Both the position numbers and the translations under genes were made by a program. Below, one piece after another: positions 38,516 through 51,279 of a DNA stretch of 64,000 bases; the first letter of the stretch is position 1; each line of letters begins with the position of its first letter. The notes under the pieces are model-generated. The model did no database searches and was not told the origin of the DNA. It saw only the letters and a program-made list of their open reading frames with translations. Location: positions 310,001 to 374,000 of the forward strand of contig NW_026781988.1 in assembly GCF_031769215.1 (NCBI RefSeq), written 5' to 3'. Source of the DNA: Ylistrum balloti. Its lineage: Eukaryota.

Positions 38516-40494
38516 ACTTGAAAAACGTTTTATGTAAGTGATAATGGCGTTGACGGACATATAAATGGATTCTACAGTAAAAGTTTAAATATCTGTAGTC
38601 ACCATTTTACAATGTATAGTAGTAGCCTTATCTCATTTTCCTAATTTCTTAGTTAGTGTGAGATGTTGTAGTAAGCCATAGTTTGCTTGTGACATCGTGA
38701 TTGTATATAATTGTTATCTGTAGTTGAAGTCTTGTCAAAGGCACTGACTCACATCAGAGATAAGTTTCTCACGAATTGAGATGACCCATACGCCAGGGAA
38801 TGTAAGTCCATTTTCTGTTACACGCCTATATCTGTTTAATGAATCTACCGATGTACGAATCCGTCGTGTTGATTACTATTGTGATAACAAAACGGTCACA
38901 TTACACATCACATTTTAAAACTGAATGAATTACTGGGACGGCAATTTGTATACTATACAAGGCACAACATAATTCCATAACTGAAACTGTTTTTTTTTTA
39001 AATATCACCCAATAGGAATATCCGAAGGTAGAGGTTAAACGATAGGTCAATTTGTTCTCCGTTAAATAATAAAATGTAACACAGAAAATCATACAACACA
39101 AAAGATTATTTTTTGTCTCGCCCTGGACCATCTACAGTTTGGAGGGTTTGAGAGTTTTATGAAATGGATTTTCACGTCATATGCAGCCCAGATATTCAAT
39201 ATTCCCCCGGATGTATAAACCACACTATAACCCTCCTACACTCCCGGTTCCTGTCCGAGGAAGGAATTCTTCTCTATTGACAATGTACTATTGTATGTAC
39301 GCTTAGTGTTTGCCTAAGCAATATGATGATAATTCAAAAGAATTTCACCACGTGATCCTTTGTCATGTTTTTTTTTTCACCTTTTATTTTCCGAAATCCT
39401 GCGATTCGTTATTTTTCTATTCCTTAATAGGACACCTGTTAGAAAAGGAGAAAACATGCATCCCTTTAATTTAGAAAGTAGTGTGATGGCGTATTGGGAT
39501 AAGATGTTTCATAGTACATAACCATAGCCTATTTCAGAGGAACGAATATTCAGGACTGCTCAAAAGTCCCATCAACACCACTTCAGGAGCGAGAATGTAT
39601 TACCATAGTATATGCTTTATTCATCCGGTTGTGCTAAGAATAGAAGAAAGGAGTTTGGATTAGACAAGATACATCATCTAGTCAAGCAAATGATTCTTGT
39701 AAATTTTGATAATCCAATACCAATATGGTGGTCGGTATAGCCAGTGTCATCTGTTAGGTAGGACAGCATATCAGCATAATGCGCTCAAAGAAAAAATATG
39801 CGGAGGACGAAACGAAATCTATTTCAAAAAATAATAATTCTGGTTGTTATTGACTCCAATATCTTTCTGGTATACTTATGGGAACATTCTATGCCCGTTT
39901 TTTTTTTGTCTGATTTGCTTTTGTTTTCTAACTAGACTGACTTTATCAAAGAGATTTCACTTTCAGAAATATTGATGATGTGTCGACTATAGATCACAAG
40001 ATCATAGTACATCGTTACATACATATCAGAATTAAAACTCAAAGGCGATTGTTTTATTCGTATTTTGCTCTATTATTCTCATTAACATTATTAGTTAAGA
40101 TTGTTCTTATAAAAAAACTCGGCAATGTTCAGATAAACCTCTGCTGAGTCTAGATGTATTTTGAAAGTAACAGAAACAAAACACCTTATCTGCAGGCACA
40201 AACATAAAATTATGTCATTTCGAATATTCGTGTATAAAATTTGACATCAGAATCAGGAAATACAACCTTTCGTTTTTGGTTTAAGAACACCTAGAATGCT
40301 TAATTGAATCCATCAATATCTTTATTGATTTAGCTTCTCGATTACCTGTATAAATAAATAAATAAATGAATAAATAAAATGAAACTTCAATAATTTTCAG
40401 ATCACCGGTTCCTTCTCATCAAAGTTGTTTAAAGTTTATTGAGATAATAAGAAAAACATTGAAAAAGACAAAATTAAGTCGTTGAATCTACACA

Positions 40495-40502
40495 TGACGT
40501 CA
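40495..40502. promoter_or_regulatory. CRE palindrome upstream of DNase I copy B
   Basis: TGACGTCA in a block shared with copy A. Confidence 0.45.
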
Positions 40503-40664
40503 CAAGGCGTCAGGGTCAAGTCCCGGATGGAAGATCACACAGCTTAGATGGTAGGTGGAAGGACTGTGATGGTATCCCTACTTTCCCTTCTTGACATCGA
40601 CAAGGTTCACGATGGGTTGGTTTTCTGTTAAGGATGATGATCGATATTATCAATGTTCTTTTAG

Positions 40665-43600
40665 ATGAAGCAGATGACGATGTACTTCCGGCTTGTCCTC
40701 TTGCTCTCCATAGCTACCGTGGGACTGTGTAACCTGAAAATCGCCTCCTTCAACATCAAATGGCTCAGTGTCAACAAACTGTCCAACAACGAAACACTGA
40801 GTATCATCAAACAGGCACGTGAGAGTTTCAGCATTATCTTGCGTCGCAAACGTTTTGCATTCTATATTTATTTCCCAAATTTAAGTTACAAGACATCGTG
40901 CGTCATTTCCACCTCTTCACAAAAGTATTTACTACAACTGACTCTGCGTTGCTCATATCGCATATTTATCTTGCAGAGTTATATGATATGAACAAACATG
41001 GTTAATGTACCTGCCTTCCTATATTTTACCTATGTCTCATTTGTTAGGACTTTTTGTCAAGCCTTGCTCTGCTCTTGGATTTTCACTCCTTCAGTCTTCC
41101 GCATCACTGACGAGTCCTAGAAGGGCTTAACAACTGTACGCTGCTGTTTAATGCATTATACGGTATAATACTGAAACTGGAACTTGTAGAGAATGGTATT
41201 ATCTAGTCGTGTTTCTGTTGTACATATTATACTGATCCCCAAATATCATGAGACTTCTATACTATACAATTACCAAACACAATCTCAATCTTTTGTTCCT
41301 GTTGAAATGCCAGACCAATAAACTGGACAGGAAGTAAAAGTGTGCTATAAATTACATCCATGCTGAAAATTATACAAATGTATTACATAATCTCGTTATT
41401 GTAGATATTACAGAGGTATTATATAATACAGAGATATTATATAATCTCCTTCCTTGAGGTAAGGGAAGACCGTGCCATCTTCTGTTGTAGATAATACAAA
41501 GGTATGATATAATTTCCATCATCGAGGTAAGGGACGACCATGCCATCCACATGTTGGTGCAGAAACTCAATATGTAAGTCACAGACTTCACACTATAATA
41601 ATAACATCGGAATTCTGGTCTCAAAGGTCGACAATAACAATACATGTATGAGCTCGTGTTTGCGATAGTTACTTGTGCTATGAATATTCTCTGCAATGTA
41701 TACTAACGGTAACCAAAGACAGACGTAATTGCGTCTTCCTGTGATAAATGCACCTCTTAGTCAGAGCAAAGAATTTTCCCTAGAAAATACATCAAATTTC
41801 ACTTAACCAAGAATTTAAAGGTTATAGAAAGGTCAGTGAAGACAAAGACATTCTAAACAATGGGTAAACATATGCGGTTTTATTATTTATAATTGATATG
41901 GTTTATACGATAATGATATTTCCAACTGTCGTCTAGGGATAATCGGGACAACCCGTACGGCGTAGTAGTGAGTAAGAAACTGGGACGTAATGTACACTAT
42001 ACAGAATCGTATGCCGTCCTGTTCCGGTAAGTACATCCTAGTATTATCACTACGTCACATCGACGGGATACGAACTTGTGTCGCGCCAATTATTTGAACT
42101 TCTCGGCTAACATCATACTTTCGATTGACTGAAACAATAAAAAAAACTTTGGGGTTTTAAGAATCATAATTACTTTTATATAATTCCGAATGACTGGTTG
42201 TCAGTACGGAATACGAATTTGTGTTGCGCCAATTATTCAAATATCTCGGCTTACATTGTACTTTGATTTAAGAATAAGAATTACTTTTAAATAATTCCGA
42301 ATGATTGATTGTTTGTATTTTGGTGTAGTAAGTCATAATTGTGTTTTAACGACAGAATAAATAACGTGTTTGTACAAGAGGTACATCAGTTCCCGGATCA
42401 GGATGACGTATTTGCACGAGAACCATATGCTGTCATGTTCCATTCTCTCGATTCACGTGAGTATTACAATTACTATCTACCATATCTTCCAACAAGATGT
42501 CGATAAAAGTACCGTTGATATAACAAAGAACCAAATCTCCAGGTCAGATCGAAGATTTATGAGTAATTAAATAATAATACATTGAATTAGTTATATTATA
42601 ATAAAACATCAAGAACCGACATAACACACACGCACAAAAATTCATTTATTTCACACAAACATTTCCACATGTCTTTATCATGACAACAGCCCCTAGGACG
42701 TGTTGACCACCATGTTCTTTGGTTTACTACCATGCAAATGGAGCCTTGAAATCATCTTTCTCTTTCAGGCCCTGCCAACTTTATATATATTGTGCTCCAC
42801 ACACAGCCAACAGACACGCCCGCTGAGCTCGAACACATGGTATCTGCTTACGACAACATCACCAATCTCATGGGGATTCAGGTATGACGTCATATCAGAA
42901 ATTATCAAACTTTCATCTCTGTGTGCTGTTGACCAATAGAATCTTTCATCCTCTTGGTGGTAAGATAGGTGGATCTCAACCCGAGAGGAAAGATTATTCA
43001 GTTAGCAAGCACAAGGCTAGCCAATTGTTAACAATTTAAACATATTTTTCCCGGGGTTCAGATCACACTATCTTACCAACGAGGTGGTGAATGCTTGTCT
43101 TTCTTTCCTCTTGACTTTATTAGGTACTTGTGTGTGTTTTTCTTGTCCAATTGTTTCTCATCGTTGACGTGACATCAGAGAATAGTTGCTGTCAGGTTCT
43201 AGCATTGTCCTGACAGGGGAATCCCCCTGTCTAAATCTTGGGGTGCAATAAGGAAATCTTATAATGGCAGAAAGCTTGGATTTACATGTCCAGGGTAAGA
43301 GAAAATTCTATCTTATTCAGAGACTTGATGATAATCTAGATTTCCGAATGTTGCCAGTATTCTTGTATCTCCTCAGGACGCCATTATAGCTGGGGACCTG
43401 AATGCTGATTGCCGTTACCTGTCTCACACGCGCCACGACAACAACCTTCTCTACACAGACAAACGCTTCACGTGGCTCATCGACAGTGATGCCGACTCCA
43501 CTGTGTCTACCAGTACCGACTGCGCTTACGACAGGTATCAGTGTTGATGGTTCTTAGCGAACTCAGACACAGGTCTGATAGTTCTTATCTCTCATTATAT

Positions 43601-44846
43601 AATGCAGATCAGTGTCGAATGTACTTGGTTCCGAAATGGATTTTGTTAAGGTCGGCTGTTACATTAAAAGGCTATGCACCTCCAGCGAAGAAGAGTTCGT
43701 TATATAAAATGCTGACGATAGCAATAGGCAACGGTCCAATAAGGAATTATTACCAAAATGACTGAAGAGAAGTGTTTGTATTTATTTACAACACATGTTT
43801 TTGTTATTCGATCAATTTTCTTGGCATATGGAAATCGCGGGGTGATTTTTTATGATCTCCCTTGTTAGACATAGTCGTCTCCATACTGTTTTTTTTAATT
43901 TTTCGTAACAGTTAGGTCCGTTACATAATATTTTCATATCATGCAGAATATCAATCATATTTGGGATAAATCACAGCTGCTTGTGCCAGTGTTAGGAATC
44001 AAGTCTGTGTGCGTGTGTGTGTGTGTGTGTGATTGATTTTTTTCTTTTTGTTTCTTCTTTTTCAAAATCAAAATTCATTACTAAAAGTCAGATTCTGTCA
44101 TTTGCTCTGATATTGATTTGAAATTTGTTTCTGATTTGATATTTTTGATTTTTCAAAATTCTGAATTCCAGTCAAAGTTTCTTATTACGAATTAAGAAAA
44201 AAGGCCGCTATCTGTGCCTTTTCGTTTGTAAATATACAGTTCGTAATATTTTTGCGATCTTGTATATATCAGAAAGTCAGTGGGAGAATCTACCTTGAGT
44301 CAACCGTTTATTACAGGTTCATTGTTGCCGGGGATGAGCTGAAACAGAATATTGTACCAAACAGTGCCCGTGTGTACAACTTCCAACAGGCAATGAATCT
44401 CACTCCTAACCAAGTAAGTAAAACCAGCCAGTAATAATAACCTTATCAAAGGAGGTCACTGTCACCTTGTTTTACAGAGTGAAAATCCGTAAATACCAGT
44501 GTCGGTAGCCGAAAATCCTCACGTCTGCGTTTTACACAAAACAATTTGGATGTTACGTTGTTTTTGTTTCTGTTTTTCTTTATATATGATAGATAGAGAA
44601 GAGATTTTTACCCTGTTTACCTCCCAAAGTCTCGAACTAGCGATCTTTCACTTTCAAAAATAAAGACCATTACGTCCTCGTTTAAGGGAAATGCCGACGG
44701 TTTCCGAATGTATGCTAAAATTCCTACTATCAACTGTTTGTAAGGAACTTATCATAAACTTATTTTCGTAAAATGTCCTTTTTGTTCATCCACAGACCAA
44801 TGCAGTGAGTGATCATTTACCCATAGAGGTGCAAATCGGTAACTGA
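40665..44846 (+). CDS. DNASE1-like: Deoxyribonuclease I family, secreted, copy B, 280 aa
   Basis: Exons 40665-40814, 41491-41573, 41937-42026, 42356-42456, 42769-42881, 43377-43534, 44317-44413, 44796-44846. Same sizes as copy A; all catalytic motifs present (LHTQP, GDLNA, CAYDR, SDHLP). 39 of 280 residues differ from A by hand count. First intron is GC-AG. Confidence 0.95.
41101..41144 (+). other. Single degenerate hammerhead-family monomer in DNase I B intron 1
   Basis: GCATCACTGACGAGTCCTAGAAGG is a 24-nt exact match to the 45-bp satellite, followed by GC-TTAA-CAACTGTA. Confidence 0.8.
41405..41485 (+). pseudogene. Degenerate partial duplicate of DNase I exon 2 just upstream of the real exon
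   Basis: After TTATTGTAG| it encodes ILQRYYIIQRYYIISFLEVREDRAI. It starts 86 nt before the true acceptor, so it is out of frame with it. Confidence 0.8.
42950..43084. mobile_element. MITE-like inverted-repeat insertion in DNase I B intron 5
   Basis: Imperfect ~35-bp inverted repeats (CCTCTTGGTGGTAAGATAGGTGGATCT / AGATCACACTATCTTACCAACGAGG). Intron 5 is 495 nt in B and 122 nt in A. Confidence 0.55.
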
Positions 44847-45184
44847 AGCAAATGAGGTGAAAGACATTTCGTTCGCAGATCTGTCGGTTCACTGACATGT
44901 AAATACAGCTTGTATAAAGAATCCCTTACTAACAAGACGGTGTTATTGAGTCATTTGTTTATTTGTTTGTTTTTTGATAAAGGGGATGGCTGTGTGTGTA
45001 TTTGTGTGGGTGGGTGGGTGTGTGTGTGGGGGGGGGGGGGGGGGTTTAAACACAATGTGGCAACACTGAACAAGCCAAGCGAGGTACATAAAAGGTACCT
45101 CCCTTTGGCGACATTTAGTTTAAACACAGTGTCTTCCACCATGCGCTTCCCTGCCAAAACGAGGCTACAGCATTCGTATGAAAA

Positions 45185-45311
45185 GGCGCGAGGACGTGTA
45201 CACGCGAGGTGACTTCCGAAAGTTAGTTTGGCGGGAAATACCGAGTGCGTGCCATTGGCGGATTGATGTTTAATCGATCGAGGTGGAACGGCGACACACA
45301 GTGTGGTGAGT
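45185..45311 (+). promoter_or_regulatory. Candidate CpG-rich promoter and first exon of an unidentified gene
   Basis: ETS-type ACTTCCG at 45212, E2F-type TTTGGCGGGAAA at 45227-45238, ATTGG at 45254, donor TG|GTGAGT at 45306. Confidence 0.4.
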
Positions 45312-45491
45312 AACCAGCAGTGTTGTGAGGTACTCGCTAAAATTTTGTCTGTGGACTCAGAATAAAGTTTGTAAGCAGATAGCGGGGTGCGCCAAGCGAA
45401 GTAACGGGAAAAGTACCTCGCTTTATTTTCGTACCTCGCTTCGTGGGGGTGTACTCAAGGTTGATACCTCGTTTTGTAGGGTAAACGAAGG

Positions 45492-45494
45492 CAC

Positions 45495-45545
<51 letters not shown>
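45492..45545. repeat. (CA)n microsatellite
   Basis: About 26 CA units. Confidence 0.98.
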
Positions 45546-45549
<4 letters not shown>

Positions 45550-46258
45550 ACATTACACAAGTGTGATCTCTTACTGGGGAAGCGAAGTTTGTATTCATTG
45601 TGTTTTTTTCTTTTAGATAACCTGTATTACAGTGTAAGATGACACTTTCAGTGTGCGCTTACATTTTCCATGAATTATGTGTAATCGTTACAGAAGCTCA
45701 TCCTGGATTTAATTATCTGTTAGTAGCTGGTCAAAAAAAGGTAAACAGAAACAGAAAAGGTAATACATACATCTACTGTTCTTTTCACTCGCAAATTAAA
45801 AACTAATCTTTCTAGTCATTGTGTATTACATTATTTTTATAATATGTAGTCTTTGATCAAGCGAAGACCGGAAATAAAGAGTAAAATCCAATTTGCATAT
45901 TCAAATAAGTCATTTAAGTATGTTATACAATTTGGACATAGTGACGTTTTAAATGTCCCCTTTTGAGATAGACTCTCACCCACCATCCTCCCTTAAGTAT
46001 TTTTCTCATATTGGTCTCATTCTTTGACTTTATTCCTCCAGAAATGAAGAGTACATTACAAATTTATGACAAAGAATCAGAAAATTAATACAAATATATA
46101 AGGTACATACAATATTAATGACAATAAGGAATAGTACTTAGACGAAAATAGCCATGGAAAAATATATGAAATGGGAAAATAATTTAGAGACAATAATGCA
46201 AAAACTATATATATATAAGAAGTATTCCATTTGAATGCAAATAAGAACATATACAGAT

Positions 46259-48110
46259 TCACTGAAAAGTGAAATCAACAGCTTTAACCGAAAAGCAACA
46301 ACACTCGTATGCAAACTTTGTGCAATATTCTTCATCTGGGAGTAGTTCCCGTACATCGTCAGGTATGTGTCCTAACAGGATACAAATACAGTCCTGTCTT
46401 TCTAGATTATCTAGTGTGACGTACAGTTCAACGGGAAAATTGTTAACAATATTTGTGAAAAAATCATCACGCAAAGCAACCAAATCTGGATGATTACAAT
46501 CAAGTAAGCAATGTGTTATAGCGTCCGAAGACCTCATATTACATTTGGCACATAGCAGCTCACAGTTTGGACTTATTAACCATAACTTTGCCACACTACT
46601 ACAAATATGAGACTGATTCGAGGAAAGCTGTTTCCACAAAAACCACAGAGACGATGGGCGAAGTTCCCCGTGCAAATTTTGGAATCGATGAAAATCAGGA
46701 CAGCTGAATAAGCGCTCATACCATTCTGATTGTTCATGGGAATGGATGACATTCCTGACAAGAAATTTCCAATACTTCTTAGAAGGGAAAGCAGACTCAT
46801 TCAAAAACGAGTGTAAATACTCTTCTAAACCAAATTTATGAATTATAGACCAGATGTCGTATATGACTCCCTTAACACTTTTATATACACACATGTGTTT
46901 CTGAAACAACCGCAATAAAAATAGTTGTTTTACAGTGGTTGAAGATCTCAGGCGACATAGGGAACCAAAGAATTGGAGTTTAGACTGTTCTACCTTCGCC
47001 TTTAATGAAGTGAGCCCCAACATACCTAGTGCCATGTCAGAACGAGTTCTGAAAGGGAAACACTGGATAACTTTGGCACAAAAATGTTGGATGATTTCTA
47101 AACGTGACCAATCTTTTAGACTTAATGAAAACCACATTTCTGAGCCAAATAAACCGCACGGAATTGTTACTGAACGAAACAGTTTCAGGCCAATGAGGGG
47201 GTTTACCGACTTTCCTAATAGCCCTCCATTTAAAAAGGAAAAGCAAGAACTTCTAAATTTGTGGAGTATATTTTCGATATCTGGACGACCAAATTTGAAT
47301 TTGTCTAGAAATATTCCCACGTGTGTGGTATGTTGGGATTCATTCACAGCCTCACTCCCCAGATACCAGTTACGTGAGGACCTGGCAAAGCTAGTTTTTG
47401 ACTCGTTAAAAACTATAATACACGTTTTTGAGGCATTATACTTAAACCTCCATCTACAACTATACCTGTAACATATATTCATCAAAATATCCATATTACA
47501 CTTGTTAAAGGATAGAAGTACAATATCGTCGGCCTGTGTCGGGCAAGTAACGTTTACATCTTCTATCATCAGGGATACATTTGAATTACATAATTCTTCC
47601 AACAGATCGTTTATGAATAGTGTATACAGCCATGGTGATAATATACTTCCCTGCCTAGTGCCTTGCTCTATAAGGAAAGAATCAGAGACAAAACCTTGGT
47701 ATACAACCGCACTTTGCATATCATGATACATAGAAGCTAATACTTTGATGAATTTAATATCAAACTTCAGATCAGATAATTTCATAAACAATCCATTGTG
47801 CCAAACACAATCGAATGCCTTTGCTGCATCAAGAAAACAAGTGAATAATTTGTTATTTTGTTCACCGGCGTACGTGATCGCTTCATGTATCATGAAAGAG
47901 GTCATAGTGCTGCTAACATAAGGCTGAAAACCATTCTGTAGTGGATTAACGACAAAACGTTTGGTGGACTCAAGTCTCAACAGAAAAAGCTTCTCAAAAA
48001 CCTTTAAAATTACAGGCAAAAGAGATATTGCACGGTAGCTATTCGGGTCACACTTAGGCTTGTTATTGCCTTTATATAGTGTAATGATTAGTCCCTTTTT
48101 AAAGCTTAAG
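46259..48110 (-). pseudogene. LINE ORF2, reverse transcriptase and C-terminal part
   Basis: YRAISLLPVILKVFEK, LQNGF, FLDAAKAFDCV, GTRQGSILSPWLYTLFIND, QADD, HVGI, CAKC...HCLLDC. Confidence 0.92.
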
Positions 48111-49830
48111 TGAAAAACTCATGAAACATAATAGCATTAAATAATTTCGTCAAACAGTGATACAGATGTTCACCTCCATTTATGAAGTGTTCATAAACTA
48201 AGTTGTCATGACCAGGTGCCTTACCTAACGGTAATTTCTTACAAATTGCTTTTACTTCATATGCTATAAAGCTTCTGAAATGCGATGATACTGAGGGCTG
48301 ATCAAGAATAGTTTTCATTTTAGAGTCAACAAACATTTTGAAAGCGTCATCATAATCTGCGCTTTCAGATTGTTTATACAAAGATGAAAAATATGTACCC
48401 CAGTGAACTACAAGTTCTTGTGGGTTTCGGACTGTCTGGCCATCGAAAATCATCTCTGCACTCGCTGTGCCCTCACTACGTTTACAACGACGTTTTACTA
48501 GTGTCCAGAATGTTTGCTGATCTACCTCAGCCGCTTCTGCAACGTCATCATTCTGTTTCTGTAGATGTTCCTCTGACAGCCGACGATGAGCCCTACGAAA
48601 ATTGCACTTTGCTTCTTTATACAGACGAAAGGATTCAGAGTTGTCACCCCGTGGACGACCAAGCTTAACCCAGACACAACGAAGATTCCACATTTTTTTA
48701 TGTAGGTCCTTGAGTTGGCCTTTCCAATATGGTTTAAGGAACGTCCGAAATTTCTTTACAGGTAGAGATGTTAGGGAAGCCTCTTTAATCACTCCAACGA
48801 GATCAGATGTGAAGGTTTCAATTTCGTTACAAGTCGAAATATCACGTTCAACTAGACCTGAGACACGCAATAGACGTTCAACAGTATTACGATATACATC
48901 AGTGTTTCTATTGTTACCAGCTGTGATCCACTTGAAAGATGTTCTTTCCAAAGTGTTTGCGGAATTGGAGTTATGTAAAACTCCCTCTGGAGTACGTATG
49001 ACAAAGAATATGGCTCTGTGATTAGAGACGTCAAGAAAACTGTCGTCAGAAGTTTTACACTCAGTGACCAGATCAATCTTTCCTGAGTCAACCATGACGT
49101 AGTCCACTAGGGAGCATGCGGTATCGTCACCATGCACATAGGAGTTTACAGGGCCAAGGCAAGTAAACAGTGTGTTGACAGCAGTTAACTGGTTCAGATC
49201 CAAGAAATGTTGCAGAGCAATGCCTTGAGGATTCGGACCGGTACTTACACGAGGACCACTCAGAGGGGCATTAAAATCCCCTATAAATATAACCAATCCA
49301 TCTGCAGAGAGTCTTGTGTACAGTTCATCGAGCTTGTCAACATATGAGCGGAACAAGTCCATTCCATAACGCATTGTTGGAAAATACACCTGGACTACAT
49401 AAAAGACAGTATCCTCCATGACAACTTTAATTATCGCGATACGATCGTCATCAGAATCAATAACAACTGTCATATCGGATAGACGCTTGCGCCACATCAG
49501 CGCAACACCACCTTTACGCGTTCTTCTGTCAGCATGTGGATGTGAGGAGAAATCACATATAACATGAGAATCATATGAATTGTGGATGCTCTGAAATAAG
49601 TGGCTGTTTTCCTCAAAGAGCCAGTGTTCCGATATGCCACATATGTCAACATCATGCCGATTCAGTGCGTTGTGGAGATGAAATCCAGACGACATAGTTC
49701 CTGTCGCGTTCCATGTCATAATGCGGAGATTTCCCATGCATAAAAGGGTAAATAGACAAAGAACGAATCCGTTCGTATTACGGTCATTCATTTTGACCGT
49801 GCTCTTCTGTACTCTGTGCACTCTCGCCAT
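48106..49830 (-). pseudogene. LINE ORF2, apurinic-like endonuclease part
   Basis: MTWNATG, GISEHWL, KGGVALMW, GDFNA, LVDYVM, SNH, KAPGHD. Confidence 0.92.
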
Positions 49831-51279
49831 AAAACCGGGATTGACTCATCCACTTACGACATCGGACTCCCCCATGCCAGAAATCACGCGATTTTGTTTT
49901 GGATACATCACTGGATAAGATGTTGATTCGCGCAGACACGCAGTCACGCATACGACTTTTCAGGAGACGAAGAAATGTTACGTGAATAGGATCCGCAGTG
50001 ACGAAGAAATGTGTGGTCTTTCTCCTTGTGACACCAACAAAGCCGTTCATGTGCTTAGCTTCAGGTTCTTTTGGACTAGAGGAACGGCTCGGTTTTGATT
50101 CGCTTGCAGATGAGGTCACCGATTCCGCATAAGACTGTTCCTTGGGAGGACTTGGCACATGCTCTGGCATTGGCAAGTTGGATGTAGGTACAGATTCACC
50201 AGATACGACAGTCGCATTACTTTTACGCCGGAGGACACACGTAAGGATTCAACAGGTGGGGCTATGGGCTGGGTCTGTGGGTCCGATGAGATAACTTGCT
50301 GTACAGTCACAGAATCATGAACATATCTACGGATACCGTTGATCTCTTTACCCAGCTCCTCGGCAAACACTGTAATCGCAGTATCAGCACAAGACTTGGC
50401 CCTGACTGGAGCTTCGGCGACAGAATGTTCCATGTCACGAATACGCGATTTAAGAGAAGAAACACAATCTTGAATAGAATTCACAAGGGATCTGTGAGAG
50501 GTGACGTCTCTTTCAACATTATCAATCTTTTCTTGGATTGAGCGAATATCATTGCGCGCAAAGTTACCGCTTGAAAAACGAGCATCATTGACGCGTTCTA
50601 GACTTAAACGAATATCGTTGATAGACTGAGTATAACTTGAAAGTTCGACCAAAGTAGATTTACGAAATTTCTCTAGTGACAGCGTTTTGGATGAAACCAA
50701 GTGTAACCGATCAGCGAGAGACTTCGGGGCCGACCCATGTTCAATGTCATCTGCAAACACCTTGTCAATCGTCTCACAGGAGGATTTGACATTTGAGAAC
50801 AATGTCTGAATATCGGATTTCAACTGTTTCTGGTCAAGTATAACCGAATCAAGACGAGAATTAGTATTATCTTTCAGCTCATGCAATTGCTTGCGCATCA
50901 GGGCGATTTCAGTGCGAATAGAAGTGATATCATTGTTAGTGTCATCTGGAGGTTTATCGGGGACCTTTCCAAATTGTGAACGTGGTCTCTGAGAAAACAC
51001 CTCATTAACTTCACCATCGGAATCACCGTTCAAAAACTGCTGAAGAATAAAACAGTCGCGAGCCAATTTAGATTGGGCCGAACTTCTGATGGTTGATTTC
51101 CGCGATATGAGATTACTGGACGGACAACCCTTTACGTGGCGTGCCCGGTCGTGCAATACCGACCTATACCAAAGCAACTTACTCTCCGAGTTGTCAGCAA
51201 GGAGCAAAATCTTTTGCAAATACTGATCTCTAGGGAGGAGTATGAGCAGATTATCAAACTGGTCGGAATCATCTTCCAT
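49784..51279 (-). pseudogene. LINE ORF1 (coiled coil plus C-terminal RRM-like remnant), frameshifted
   Basis: 387-aa ORF with heptad-rich region, continued in ORF 49784..50176 (GFVGVTRRKTTHFFV...FWHGGVRCRKW). Position upstream of ORF2. Confidence 0.75.

Noticed and set aside
46269-50541. Plus-strand ORFs overlapping the minus LINE, and minus ORFs such as 56539-57222 over the plus LINE
   Set aside because: Antisense shadows of coding sequence with no independent motifs.
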